Part shown: positions 17,239 through 27,327 of the stretch, piece by piece
How the letters are laid out: each line of letters begins with the position of its first letter
Numbering within the stretch: the first letter of the stretch is position 1
Source: an uncultured Trueperaceae bacterium
Lineage (GTDB): Bacteria; Deinococcota; Deinococci; Deinococcales; Trueperaceae
Direction of reading: 5' to 3'
Assembly (NCBI GenBank): GCA_963799485.1
Contig: CAWCXJ010000013.1
Location: 32,001-96,000 of the forward strand
DNA length: 64,000 nt
The notes under the pieces: generated by a model
What the model was told of the DNA's origin: nothing
Databases searched by the model: none
What the model saw: the letters and a program-made list of their open reading frames with translations, nothing else
Position numbers and translations under genes: made by a program

Positions 17239-19857
17239 GTGCCCCGCAAACTCATCTGTCTTGTCCTGCTGAGCGTTCAGCTTGCCTTCGCCGCTCAAGT
17301 CACCTCGCCACGCGTCAAGGTCATCTTTAGCGACCCCGCTAAAACCGCCTACGCCGAACGTGTCGCCGCTGAAGCTGAAAAGGCGCTGGACGTGCTGATT
17401 CCGCTTTTCGGGTTTACGCCGCCGCCCATCACGCTGCGTCTGGAAAACACCACCGACGTGTATAACGCGCTCGCGTCCCCGTTACCCCGCCCCGGCGTCG
17501 GTTTACGGCTGCTGTTTCCGACCGAGGTTTCGCTCGGTTACCGCGCCGGGGACGCGCTGCGGCTCGTGCTGGTTCACGAACTGACGCACCTCATGCAGTT
17601 TTCTTACCTTACCGGGCGCGGCGACGGGCTCCGCTTCGGGCTGGTCGGAGAAAACGTGGCGAACGTACCCCCGGCGTGGCTCGTCGAGGGCTTGGCGGTC
17701 TGGACGGAATCGGCATTTACGACAGGGGGCCGCCGGGACGACGCGCTGACCCGTGGCCTGGTCGAAAGTGCGGTGCTCGCCGGAACCGCGCCGTCTCTGA
17801 CCGAGGCGAGTCTGGGAACCTACGGTGCGTGGCCCGGTGGACAGACCGAATACCTTTTCGGTGTAGGGTTTACGGGCTACTTGATTCAAAAGCACGGGTT
17901 TGGGGCAATCAAAAAGGCGCTGGCATTTCATAATGCGGCGGGGTTTTTACGACCTTTTGCGGGGTCGTGGCGACTTGCAGTCGGTACCGACCTGGAGGCC
18001 GAGTGGGAAGCGTGGCAGCGTGAGGTGCGCCGAAGGGCGGAGGCTCGAGCCGAGCGGGTCGAGAAAGCCGGACGCGCCGGGACGCCCAAGACCGACACCG
18101 GCTGGTACACCCGCGCCCCGGCGCTCAGCCCGGACGGACAACAGCTCGCGTGGGTGGGGTGGCCTGCGGCAATTATGCTGGCAGAGGTTGCCGAGGGCAA
18201 GCTCGAGCGAAAGCGCGTACTTTTAGACAACCGGCTACCGGGGGGGCTCGAGTGGCTGAACCCGCACACCCTTCTCTACGCGCGTCCGGTGCGGCGTCCG
18301 GGGCACACCTACGCTGAGGTGTTTACGCTCGACACGCGCACGGGGCGAGAAACACAACTGACCGAGGGCGCACGGGCGAAGCTGCCTGCGCCGCTGCCGG
18401 GGGGCTGCGTTTTATACGTGACCGATAACGGGACGCGCTCGCGGCTCGAGCAGCTCTGTCCCGACAAACCTGCTTTTACCCGCTGGCGGAGCCAACCGGG
18501 CGTCCACATCGTCGGGTTGGCGACGAGCCGCCGGGGGCAGGTGGCAGTCAGTGTCTGGCAACGGGGTTGGGTCGATGTGGCGCGCCTCAAGGACGGCGCA
18601 CTTCACTACCTCACCCGCGACCCCGCGCAAGACCTCGACCCGAGCTGGCAGGGCGAAAATGTGCTCTTGTTCCGCTCCGACCGGGCCGGGGCGACGTTTG
18701 AACTCTACGCGCTGACGCTCGCGGGCGGTTTGGAACGGTTGAGCCAAACGGTGGGCGGGGCGTTTATGCCCGAGGCGGGCGCAGGTGGGACGTGGTTCGC
18801 TCGTTTGGGCGGGGACGGGTACAACCTCGCCTGGTTGCCGAGCTTGCCGACAGGTGAGGGCTTCAGAGTATCTCTACCCAAAAAACAGCGTCCTCTGAAG
18901 CGCTCGAGCATCCCGGTGCCCGTTTTTCCCGTTACGACTTACTATCCTCTAAACAGCCTCAAACCTTACGGCTGGCTCCCGACGAACGGTGGGGTCGGTT
19001 TGTCACCCCCCGGCGCGTCCCTCGAGCTGTCCGTTATCGCCCAGGACGACAGCCTCGACCACAACCTCCGGACGACGCTCGGTTTCGACTCCGGTTTGAC
19101 CGCCTTGTCCGGGTTTTACGGTTTCGTTCGTTACGACTTCGGCGGCGGCCTGGCACTTCAGGCGACGCCGCCGCCGCTGCGTTACGCCGTGCAGTCCGGC
19201 GCGTGGCCCCTTACGCCGCATCTCGGAACGGTGCGGGAGACCGTCGCCGGAACTAAAGCTTCGGTAAGCGCGCGGCTGCCGCAAGACCGTCTGCTGCTGA
19301 GTTGGGGCCTCGAGGCCGGTCTCGTTCACGTGTTGGGGCAACCTTCCGGCCTGGTTCTCGACGCCCGCGCCGACGCTGCGGTGGCGCGCGGGCAGGCCGA
19401 TACCTGGGGCTACCGTACCGAGGGCTGGCGTGTGTCGGCTACGGGTCTACTCAGCGCGACCGGCGCAGCGCCGTCGCCGGGCGCGTGGGGTGATGGGAGT
19501 TACACCCTGCCGTTGGCGGGATTGGGGCGGCTCGAGTTCGGCGTCCGGGCGGGCTACCGTCCGGCGTGGCCTGTTCCTTTACGAGCCGACGCCGATTTTG
19601 CCGCGCTTCTCAGCGTCGGCGGAGCGCGCAGTTTTCCCCTCAAGCTGCGTTTTGGTGACGGGCTCTACGCGCTGGAAAGAGTTACGCTCGAGCCCCGGCT
19701 TCGCACCTGGCTGGACAGTAGTTCCCTGTATCTGGGCGGCGACCTCACCGTGTCGCTCGATTCGGTTTTGGGGTACGGGGCCCCGGTCAGCCTGAGCGGG
19801 ACGCTGGGGTATACGCGCGGGGTGTGGACGCGGTTTGCGGTGCGCTTGCCGCTTTAG
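17239..19857 (+). CDS. Secreted multidomain protein: Zn-peptidase-like (HELTH) + TolB/PD40 propeller + probable C-terminal beta-barrel
   Basis: Signal peptide; HELTH...WLVEG; SPDG and DPSW repeats; amphipathic C-terminal strands; leaderless TATACT-6-GTG. Confidence 0.75.
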   Translation: MPRKLICLVLLSVQLAFAAQVTSPRVKVIFSDPAKTAYAERVAAEAEKALDVLIPLFGFTPPPITLRLENTTDVYNALASPLPRPGVGLRLLFPTEVSLGYRAGDALRLVLVHELTHLMQFSYLTGRGDGLRFGLVGENVANVPPAWLVEGLAVWTESAFTTGGRRDDALTRGLVESAVLAGTAPSLTEASLGTYGAWPGGQTEYLFGVGFTGYLIQKHGFGAIKKALAFHNAAGFLRPFAGSWRLAVGTDLEAEWEAWQREVRRRAEARAERVEKAGRAGTPKTDTGWYTRAPALSPDGQQLAWVGWPAAIMLAEVAEGKLERKRVLLDNRLPGGLEWLNPHTLLYARPVRRPGHTYAEVFTLDTRTGRETQLTEGARAKLPAPLPGGCVLYVTDNGTRSRLEQLCPDKPAFTRWRSQPGVHIVGLATSRRGQVAVSVWQRGWVDVARLKDGALHYLTRDPAQDLDPSWQGENVLLFRSDRAGATFELYALTLAGGLERLSQTVGGAFMPEAGAGGTWFARLGGDGYNLAWLPSLPTGEGFRVSLPKKQRPLKRSSIPVPVFPVTTYYPLNSLKPYGWLPTNGGVGLSPPGASLELSVIAQDDSLDHNLRTTLGFDSGLTALSGFYGFVRYDFGGGLALQATPPPLRYAVQSGAWPLTPHLGTVRETVAGTKASVSARLPQDRLLLSWGLEAGLVHVLGQPSGLVLDARADAAVARGQADTWGYRTEGWRVSATGLLSATGAAPSPGAWGDGSYTLPLAGLGRLEFGVRAGYRPAWPVPLRADADFAALLSVGGARSFPLKLRFGDGLYALERVTLEPRLRTWLDSSSLYLGGDLTVSLDSVLGYGAPVSLSGTLGYTRGVWTRFAVRLPL

Positions 19858-19982
19858 GAAGAGAGTAACCAGCAACGAGCAATGAAGAAGTCAAAACCTC
19901 GCTGCTCGGTACCCACTGCTTTCCCGCCTTACCTCCTATTTACAACGCGCCGCGCTGCGTTACGATGCGTTTGGAGGTTTCC

Positions 19983-21152
19983 GTGAAACTAAAATACGCC
20001 TCGGTAGCCCTTGCGCTGGCCTTTCTCTTTACCTTGCTTGTCGCCTGCAGCAGCCCGACTACAACGCTGCCCGGTGAACCGGACACTCCGGCTTTGCCCG
20101 ATCTGCCTGCGGGTCAGTGGAAGACTTTTTCGCCGGGCGGTGACACGGTTTGCGCCGACGGTTCGCCCTACGCCTACTTTGTCCGGCCCGGTACGGTCAA
20201 CAAACTCGTGGTGGACTTTCAAGGAGGCGGTGCGTGCTGGAATGGTGGTACCTGCGGTAGTCCTGTATATCAACCTAATGTTGTCGGTGCACCGGGCACG
20301 GCAAACTCGCAAGAAGAAGTAGGCCTTTACGACCACACCGACGCGCGAAACCCGGTCAAAGACTGGTATCACGTATATATCACCTACTGCACCGCCGATA
20401 TTCATCTAGGTGACAGCGTAGAAACCTACCAAACGTCTTCAGGCCCGAAAACGATCAATCACAACGGTCAAAAAAATGTGGACGCGGTTCTAGACTGGGT
20501 TGAAAAAAACTTTGAAGCACCGGAAGCTATCTTGGTTACGGGTTGCAGTGCCGGGGCCTACGGCGCGGCGCTCTACACACCGCGAATCGCTAAAGCTTAC
20601 CCGGACGCCGACGTGACCGAACTCGGTGACAGCGGCGCGGGCGTCATTCCGGAATCGTTTGTCACCGGCGAAGACGGCCTCAACCGCTGGAACATCGGCG
20701 CGGCACTGCCGGACGAGATTGACCTTACCGGCGGGGTGCCCGCAACATTTTTAGCCGACGCCTACGTCGCTATCGGCGACGCGTACCCGGAGGTGACGCT
20801 GGCGCAGTACAACAGCGCATTTGACGGCACTCAGATTTTCTTTTACGGTTTGCAACTCGGGGTTGACCTCACTGACCCGACCGCCCAACAAGCTGCAGCA
20901 CAGGCGTGGGCTGCAGGACTAAACACCTCGCTAACCAAGATTCAGACGGGTTTGCCGGGGCAGTTCTCGAGCTACACCTCAGCCTTTGACGACGATCCCA
21001 ATACACCAGGTACGGCGCACTGCATCATCACTCGCCCTGAGTTCTATACCTTGACGACGAGCGGCGTCTTGTTTACAGATTGGCTGGACGGTCTACTCAA
21101 CGACGCTCCGCCCGCCCCGGTTGTGCCGGACAACATTCCTACGCCGAGCTAG
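19983..21152 (+). CDS. Pectinacetylesterase/Notum-family hydrolase lipoprotein
   Basis: Lipobox LVAC; CADGSP, FQGGGACW, YCTADIHLG, GCSAG nucleophile; GGAGG RBS. Confidence 0.88.
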   Translation: MKLKYASVALALAFLFTLLVACSSPTTTLPGEPDTPALPDLPAGQWKTFSPGGDTVCADGSPYAYFVRPGTVNKLVVDFQGGGACWNGGTCGSPVYQPNVVGAPGTANSQEEVGLYDHTDARNPVKDWYHVYITYCTADIHLGDSVETYQTSSGPKTINHNGQKNVDAVLDWVEKNFEAPEAILVTGCSAGAYGAALYTPRIAKAYPDADVTELGDSGAGVIPESFVTGEDGLNRWNIGAALPDEIDLTGGVPATFLADAYVAIGDAYPEVTLAQYNSAFDGTQIFFYGLQLGVDLTDPTAQQAAAQAWAAGLNTSLTKIQTGLPGQFSSYTSAFDDDPNTPGTAHCIITRPEFYTLTTSGVLFTDWLDGLLNDAPPAPVVPDNIPTPS

Positions 21153-21865
21153 CCGGTCTCTTCGGCAGAATCCGGCAAGGTCGGCTCGAGGTCGGTCAGC
21201 CACAGCACCTCGCCCTGCGCGCGAATAGCTCTAGCCGGGGTCTGGTCGTAATTCGGTGAATCTTCGGGAGCGAGGGTGCGCTCCAAAGCCGCCCTTTTTC
21301 CCTCGCCCTGAACCAAAAACGCGACCGTGCGGCTCCGGCTGAGGGTATTTGCCGTCATGCTCAGCCGCGTCTCTTTACCGGGCGGTTTGACGACCGTCGT
21401 CAAACCTTCATCGAAAACCGCGCCGGTTCCGGGAAACAGGCTCGCGGTGTGCGCGTCGTCGCCCAAGCCTAAAAAAGTCAGGTCGAACGGGGCAGTGTTG
21501 AGAAACTCTTGAAGTGTATCACCTAATTCCATCGCGGCAGCTTCGGGGTCGTCCTCTACGTAAGGCCACGGGTGAATATTCTCTGCTGGTACGGGTACAC
21601 GGTCTATCAGGGATTTCTTAGCCGCGCCGTAATTACTTTCGGCGTGGTCGTGCGGCACAAACCGTTCATCGCCCCAAAAGATGTGAGTATCTTTCCAAAA
21701 CGCAGCATCGGCGTGTTCGGCGGCGAGCTGCTCATACATCTTGAGCGGCGTCGAACCGCCTGAGAGGACGACCACAAAGCGCCCGTTTGCGGCGACGCTC
21801 GCCTCGGCCTGTTCGACAAACAGCGTTCCGGCAGCCTGCGCGACATCTTTAACGTAGGTCATCAT
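21149..21865 (-). CDS. pgl: 6-phosphogluconolactonase
   Basis: LSGGSTP, WGDERFVP, SNY, LGLGDDAHTASLFP. Confidence 0.95.
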   Translation of the reverse strand: MMTYVKDVAQAAGTLFVEQAEASVAANGRFVVVLSGGSTPLKMYEQLAAEHADAAFWKDTHIFWGDERFVPHDHAESNYGAAKKSLIDRVPVPAENIHPWPYVEDDPEAAAMELGDTLQEFLNTAPFDLTFLGLGDDAHTASLFPGTGAVFDEGLTTVVKPPGKETRLSMTANTLSRSRTVAFLVQGEGKRAALERTLAPEDSPNYDQTPARAIRAQGEVLWLTDLEPTLPDSAEETG

Positions 21866-22025
21866 CGACTCCTCTCGCCCGGTCGGCTTTGGGCCGACCG
21901 TAAGCTTCGTCTTAGAGCATAAGGGTTAGCGCGCCAAACCTCGAGAAAACACCGTTTCGGTATCCCGGCTTAGAACCTCGTATGTGCTTTTCGCGCAGCC
22001 CGGCGCGGCTTGTTAAACTGTCCAG

Positions 22026-22625
22026 ATGATTTCACGGGAAACCCTAACACGCGAAGATACGCTTGCGCTTATGGAAAGCTGGACAGAATCGGAAAGTTTG
22101 CGTAAACACATGCTCGCCGTCGAGTCGGCGACTGCCGCCTACGCCCGCAAACTCGGCGCTGACGAAACCATGTGGCGCGTCGCAGCACTTTTGCACGACT
22201 TCGATTATGAGCGCTACCCGACACCGGACGAAGCCGGGCATCCTTACGTGGGCGTAAGTTACTTGCGTGAGCAAGGTTATCCGGAAGAGGTGCTAGACGC
22301 CATCATGGGCCACGCCGACTATACCGGCGTCCCCCGTAAAACGCCGCTTGCCCGGGCGCTCTACGCCTGCGACGAGCTGACCGGCCTGATTACGGCGGCG
22401 ACGCTCGTGCGGCCCGACAAAGATGTGCGCAGCGTCGAGCTTAGAAGCCTCAAAAAGAAGTTTAAGGACAAGGCGTTTGCGCGGGGCGTCAACCGTGAAG
22501 ATGTGATGCGCGGAGCCGATGAGCTGGGTGTAGAGCTGTGGGAACATGTGGCGTTTGTACTCTCAGCGGTGCAAGCGGACGCCGTAAAACTCGGTTTGGA
22601 CGGCTCTTTAGCGGTGCAAAAGTAG
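22026..22625 (+). CDS. HD/HDIG-domain metal-dependent phosphohydrolase
   Basis: LRKHMLAVE, LLHDFDYE, CDELTG, KKFKDKAFARGVNR. Confidence 0.9.
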   Translation: MISRETLTREDTLALMESWTESESLRKHMLAVESATAAYARKLGADETMWRVAALLHDFDYERYPTPDEAGHPYVGVSYLREQGYPEEVLDAIMGHADYTGVPRKTPLARALYACDELTGLITAATLVRPDKDVRSVELRSLKKKFKDKAFARGVNREDVMRGADELGVELWEHVAFVLSAVQADAVKLGLDGSLAVQK

Positions 22626-22663
22626 GCGGTGGCTGAAAGGGTTAAGTCGGCGTGTAAGCTCTG

Positions 22664-22692
22664 AAAAAGGCTCGAGCGGTGGGGCTCGAGCC
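22664..22692 (-). terminator. Intrinsic terminator of lepB formed from two GCTCGAGC copies
   Basis: Minus strand GGCTCGAGC-CCCACC-GCTCGAGCC-TTTTT. Confidence 0.75.
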
Positions 22693-22705
22693 GCTACCGT
22701 AAAGT

Positions 22706-23623
22706 CTAGTTTGCCGCCTGCTCCGTCTCCGGCACCGCTTCAAACGCGGCGGGCGGATTTAACAAACGCCAGTTCCACTCCCCGTCCCGGCGTGGCGGCC
22801 AGATGACGGCGGTCGCTTGCCCGGCAATCGACAAACTCGTGACCGGGCCGAAATAACGCGAATCTTCGCTGCCGCCCTTGCTCGACTCGCGGTTGTCGCC
22901 CATCAAAAAGTAGCGCCCTTCGGGGATAATCAGTTCGTGTAAAAAGGGCGTTCCACTAGGCGCATCCGCCGGAATCGGGGCGAGCGCGGCAATAGTGCTG
23001 CCGTAGTAGAGCTGCATTTCTTCGCTGCCGATGGGTGCAGGCCCGCCGTTGTTGGGGTCGTAAGTGCCGAAAATCAAGCCTTGAAAGCCGGTCACTTTGC
23101 CGTCTTGCGCGGTAACGACCGGGTAATTGATGGGGTCGGGGGTAATTTCGCCGGAGTCCGCGATAAAGCCCTGGTCGATGGCGACGCCGTTGACGTAAAC
23201 CTGACCGTCTTGAATATAAAAGCGGTCGCCGGGACGGGCAATCACGCGTTTGATAAAAAACGACGGCCTGCCGCCACCCTCTTGCAGGGTCGGTGAGTTG
23301 GCGGGTTCGCGCACGACCACGATGTCGCCGCGTTCGTATTCGCCCAGCACCCCTGCGCGCCGGAGCCAGGTGTCGAATTTGGGGATAAACACGCGGTCGC
23401 CGGTGAAGAGTGCCTGCGGCAACTGCCCGCTACCGCCGTTTAAGTTGGGCCGCATCGACGAGCCGACCACGCCGACTGTCGTAAAGACGAAAGTCACGAT
23501 GAGGTAGGCGACGATTAGAGCTTCAGCGTAGCCTCTTACTTCGTGCCAGAAGCGCTCTGAACCGGATTTCGGGGGGTCTTTTTTGGAAGCGTCTTTCCGC
23601 GTATCGCGGGTGTTCGATGTCAT
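22706..23623 (-). CDS. lepB: Signal peptidase I
   Basis: TM then GSSMRPNL (Ser), FIKRV (Lys), MGDNR...SEDSRYFG. Confidence 0.95.
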   Translation of the reverse strand: MTSNTRDTRKDASKKDPPKSGSERFWHEVRGYAEALIVAYLIVTFVFTTVGVVGSSMRPNLNGGSGQLPQALFTGDRVFIPKFDTWLRRAGVLGEYERGDIVVVREPANSPTLQEGGGRPSFFIKRVIARPGDRFYIQDGQVYVNGVAIDQGFIADSGEITPDPINYPVVTAQDGKVTGFQGLIFGTYDPNNGGPAPIGSEEMQLYYGSTIAALAPIPADAPSGTPFLHELIIPEGRYFLMGDNRESSKGGSEDSRYFGPVTSLSIAGQATAVIWPPRRDGEWNWRLLNPPAAFEAVPETEQAAN

Positions 23624-23716
23624 AAAAGCAGTCTACTCCCAAGACGCGGCCTTAGGCGCAAATTATGGCCTTTAACCCTTTATCCGGTCGCTGAGTTTCG
23701 GTTGCCGGGTTCTGGG

Positions 23717-24004
23717 TCAGATAATCCCGAGTGCGCCCGGAACCTGCAAAACCACGATAACGCCGCCAAGTAACGCGACAAGGCTAAAGCGAGCGTCGAT
23801 TTTTCGGTCGAGTTTGTCGAACTTCACGTCTGTTTGCTGGATGAAGGTATCGAACCTCGCGCCCATTTTTTGCTCGAGCTTGTCGAGTTTGGTATCAGCC
23901 AACCTGATTTCGGCACGCAAATCGTTAAAACCGTTTTCTAAGTGGGCCTCGAGCGTACTCAGCCGCTTGTCAATCTGCTCGTAAGACCCCTCAAGTCGCG
24001 CCAT
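23717..24004 (-). CDS. Small coiled-coil protein with C-terminal TM helix (Bdr/DUF1640-like)
   Basis: Repetitive D-x-K-F/L-D heptads and hydrophobic C-terminus. Confidence 0.65.
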   Translation of the reverse strand: MARLEGSYEQIDKRLSTLEAHLENGFNDLRAEIRLADTKLDKLEQKMGARFDTFIQQTDVKFDKLDRKIDARFSLVALLGGVIVVLQVPGALGII

Positions 24005-24120
24005 TCTGACTTCAAGGGGGATTGGTAGGTTCAGCGAGCATTAAAGGCGTGGTGACAGACTTTCGGGCCCGGTGCAACACACCTGGTCGCTACAACCAAA
24101 ACCGAAGTTTTGCCGGAAAG

Positions 24121-25113
24121 TTACTTGGCCTTACTCTTCTGCTCTAAAGCCGGAGCTTTTTTGATTTGTTCGGTCTGTGCGGACAACCGTTTGAAGGCGG
24201 CCTTGTCGGATTTGCCGGTCGTAAGGGCGCGGACGGGCTCAGGTGTTTGGGCTTCTTCAAGCGCACTTTGCGGCAACAGCCCCGCCTCGACAAAAACGTG
24301 CAGCGCACTCCACTCGCCGATGGCGACGATCTCTTCAAACGCCCAGAACGCCTCGATGTTCAGGTGCGGCATCGAGTACTGCACGCGCAGGTCGGCGGGG
24401 TGCAGGTTGTACTGGAGTTCGGTCAGGATGCTGCCGGTAATGTCGGTCGCGCGGAGCATCATCTGCGCCATGGGGTTGCGGCGCTCGAGCCGAAACCGAC
24501 TCACCACCCGCTCCCACCAACCACCCTCTTCGGACGTTCCGGCGAGAGACGCCCGCCGCGCCATCGTCGCGTCGCCGGCGATGGTAAAGTCGGCGTGCAA
24601 GAAGGCGGCGGCGTTGACGGGGATGTTATTCACGATACCGCCGTCGGCCAAGGTGCGCCCGTTAAAGACCACGGGTTCAAACGCGCCGGGAAAACAGCTC
24701 GAGGCCCGAATCGCCGTAATCAGGTCGCCGCGAAAGATAAACACCTCTTCGCCGGTCTCGACGTCGGTGGTTGAAATGACCAGCGGTTTCTTGAGTTCAT
24801 CGAAGGTCGCGGGCAAATGCGAGGCTAAAAACGTGTGGAGCTTTACGCCCTTAAAAAGCCCGTTGCCGAATGAAAAATCGATGATGTCGCGCCACGAGAC
24901 GCTCTTGGCAATCTCGTAAATCTCTTCGGCGCTGTAACCGTTCGCGTAAAACGCACCCAAAACCGCGCCCATCGAGGTGCCGGCAATCACGTCGGCTTGG
25001 GTTCCGGCTTTTTCCAGCACCCGCAAGAGGCCGATATGAGCAAAACCCCGCGCCGCGCCACCACTTAAGATCAGTCCGACGCGTTTGGGTTGTCCCGGGG
25101 TCTCAACGTCCAC
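24121..25113 (-). CDS. Patatin-like phospholipase
   Basis: SGGAARG, GTSMG, DGG motifs. Confidence 0.93.
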   Translation of the reverse strand: MDVETPGQPKRVGLILSGGAARGFAHIGLLRVLEKAGTQADVIAGTSMGAVLGAFYANGYSAEEIYEIAKSVSWRDIIDFSFGNGLFKGVKLHTFLASHLPATFDELKKPLVISTTDVETGEEVFIFRGDLITAIRASSCFPGAFEPVVFNGRTLADGGIVNNIPVNAAAFLHADFTIAGDATMARRASLAGTSEEGGWWERVVSRFRLERRNPMAQMMLRATDITGSILTELQYNLHPADLRVQYSMPHLNIEAFWAFEEIVAIGEWSALHVFVEAGLLPQSALEEAQTPEPVRALTTGKSDKAAFKRLSAQTEQIKKAPALEQKSKAK

Positions 25114-25176
25114 ACGTCAGCTTAACAGGTTCGCCAAAAACGGCCCGTCAGCTGTTACGCGCCGTAAACTGGCCTT

Positions 25177-25758
25177 ATGCTGCACGTCACGCCGCAAAAC
25201 GTACCGGAAACGGTACCGGAGACCCTCGAGACACCCCGGCTGCTGCTCCGCGCCCCGCGCCCGGACGACGCGCCGGAACTTTACGCCGCCGTCTGCGATT
25301 CGCTTCCGGAACTGAGCCTCTACATGAGCTGGGCGACGCCCGAGTATTCACTTTCTGCCGCTCGAGCGAACACCGAGGCCGCTATCGCCGCGTTTACGGT
25401 GCGGGAAGGTTTGCGCTACCACTTTTTCGACCGGATGACGGGCGCGTTCGTCGGCAACGCTTCGTTTCATCATATCGATTGGTCGGTACCGAAGCTCGAG
25501 CTGGGTTACTGGTTGCATTCGGCCTACACGGGAAAAGGCTTGATGCGCGAGGCGGTCTCGGCGCTCTGCGACATGGCGGAGCAGGAGCTGGGCGCGGTGC
25601 GCCTCGAGATTCGCTGCGACAGCCGCAACCTCAAAAGCGCCCGCGTCGCCGAGGCGTGTGGGTTCGGGCTCGCGGGGATACGGCGTGAGACTCGAGACCC
25701 GCTGGGAAATCTGCGCGATACGCGTCTCTACGCTCGTACTTCCCGCCGTAAAAAGTAA
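25177..25758 (+). CDS. GNAT N-acetyltransferase (RimJ/RimL family)
   Basis: LETPRLLLR, ELGYWL, GKGLM, NLKSARVAE. Confidence 0.9.
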   Translation: MLHVTPQNVPETVPETLETPRLLLRAPRPDDAPELYAAVCDSLPELSLYMSWATPEYSLSAARANTEAAIAAFTVREGLRYHFFDRMTGAFVGNASFHHIDWSVPKLELGYWLHSAYTGKGLMREAVSALCDMAEQELGAVRLEIRCDSRNLKSARVAEACGFGLAGIRRETRDPLGNLRDTRLYARTSRRKK

Positions 25759-25779
25759 AAAGGGCGCGAAAGCGCCCTC
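25750..25779 (-). terminator. Intrinsic terminator of htrA
   Basis: AGGGCGC-GAAA-GCGCCCT hairpin preceded by A-tracts (U-tract on the minus strand). Confidence 0.8.
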
Positions 25780-25798
25780 AACCGGTACTTTATTCGGT

Positions 25799-27115
25799 TC
25801 AGTTTTGCTGCTGATTCTGCCCGTTCTGCTGCGGTACCTGTGCGAGTGTTACCTCGACCTGCTGCTCCTGTCCGTCACGAACGATGGTCAGTGTGACAGT
25901 GTCCCCGGCACCCCGACTCAGGATGGCGTTTTGCAGCTCGCCGGTGGTCGTAACGGGCTCGCCGTTAACCGCCGTAATCACGTCGCCGCCGATGGGCACG
26001 GGCTGACCTTGAAACGCGACCGTGAGTTCGGGGTTAGCGCCCTGAAGCCCGGCTTCTTCCGCCGCACTCCCCGGCTGCACACTCTGAACGATGACGCCCT
26101 GGTCGGGGAGGTTGAAGTTTTGCCGGATGCTCTCCGGGTAGTTTGAAACGCTCGAGATTTCGATACCTAGACGCGCGCGGTTCTCGAGGCTGACGAAGCC
26201 GCCTTGCTCGAGCTGGGCGAGGCTACTCTGCAGCAGGTTGCTCGGTACCGCAAAGCCGATGCCGATGTTGCCTACATTGCCGCCGAAACCGCCGCCACCA
26301 GCAAGGATTTGCGTGTTGATGCCGATCACTTCACCGCTCGAGTTTAAGAGCGGGCCGCCCGAGTTGCCGGGGTTGATGGCGGCGTCGGTCTGGACATACG
26401 GTACTTCGACCCGTCCGATGCTGGGCGCAAAACGGCTTACCGCCGAGACAATCCCTGCCGAAACGGTGCTGTCGAGGCCGAACGGGTTGCCGATAGCGAT
26501 GGCCTTTTCGCCGACCTGGATGTTGTCCGAGTTGGCGATGGGAATCGCCTGGACGCCTGCGGGTAGATCGCCCGGGTTTTGCAGTTCGATCAGCGCGAGG
26601 TCGTAAAGCGTGTTGACGCCGACGACGTTGACCGGCAGCTCGGTTTCACTGCCGGGGAAGATAACGCTGATGCTCGAGCCCTCTGTGTACTCGACCGAGT
26701 TGTCTTGCAACGTGTCGGCGACCACGTGATAGTTCGTAATCATCCGTCCGGCGTCGTCGATAACAAAGCCGCTGCCTGCGCCCTGTTGCGGCGGCAACTG
26801 TTGCTGCTGCCCGTCGGGGGTTTGCGGATTCAAAAAGTCTCGAAATTGCGGCGGAATCTGGTCTAGAAAATCCTGGAGTCCTTCAGGTGTTTGCCCGTTC
26901 GCTTGAACCTGCGCGGTGACGTTGACCGACACGACGCTCGGCCCATACCGGTTTACCACGTCTATCGTGTTCTGCTCATACTCGGTCAGCGCAGCAGCTT
27001 GAGCGGCAACACCCCCGGAGGCCGTTTGAGCGCTCGTTAAACCGCCCAAACCCAGCGCGCCGACACCTAAAAGGCCGCTCACACCAGCGACCCGTGCTAA
27101 TTGTCCTACTTTCAT
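25799..27115 (-). CDS. htrA: HtrA/DegP-family serine protease (S1C) with PDZ domain
   Basis: GSGFV, TNYHVV, DLALI, TDAAINPGNSGGPL; AAGGAG RBS. Confidence 0.95.
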   Translation of the reverse strand: MKVGQLARVAGVSGLLGVGALGLGGLTSAQTASGGVAAQAAALTEYEQNTIDVVNRYGPSVVSVNVTAQVQANGQTPEGLQDFLDQIPPQFRDFLNPQTPDGQQQQLPPQQGAGSGFVIDDAGRMITNYHVVADTLQDNSVEYTEGSSISVIFPGSETELPVNVVGVNTLYDLALIELQNPGDLPAGVQAIPIANSDNIQVGEKAIAIGNPFGLDSTVSAGIVSAVSRFAPSIGRVEVPYVQTDAAINPGNSGGPLLNSSGEVIGINTQILAGGGGFGGNVGNIGIGFAVPSNLLQSSLAQLEQGGFVSLENRARLGIEISSVSNYPESIRQNFNLPDQGVIVQSVQPGSAAEEAGLQGANPELTVAFQGQPVPIGGDVITAVNGEPVTTTGELQNAILSRGAGDTVTLTIVRDGQEQQVEVTLAQVPQQNGQNQQQN

Positions 27116-27327
27116 GTACACTCCTTTTTTTGGGCTTGTAAACCTTACAGGTATAACCCTCATTTAACCGTACCCAGCCCCTATGAGTCTGACCCTTCTC
27201 ATGTATGAACTCTGTGAGGCAGGACAAACTCGGGTTCTAAAGAGACTTTAACACTGTTCTCAGCAGACGCTAACATAGATGCGACCAGACCTCTAAAGCT
27301 GAGCCGACCTCGTGATAGGGTGCGGCG

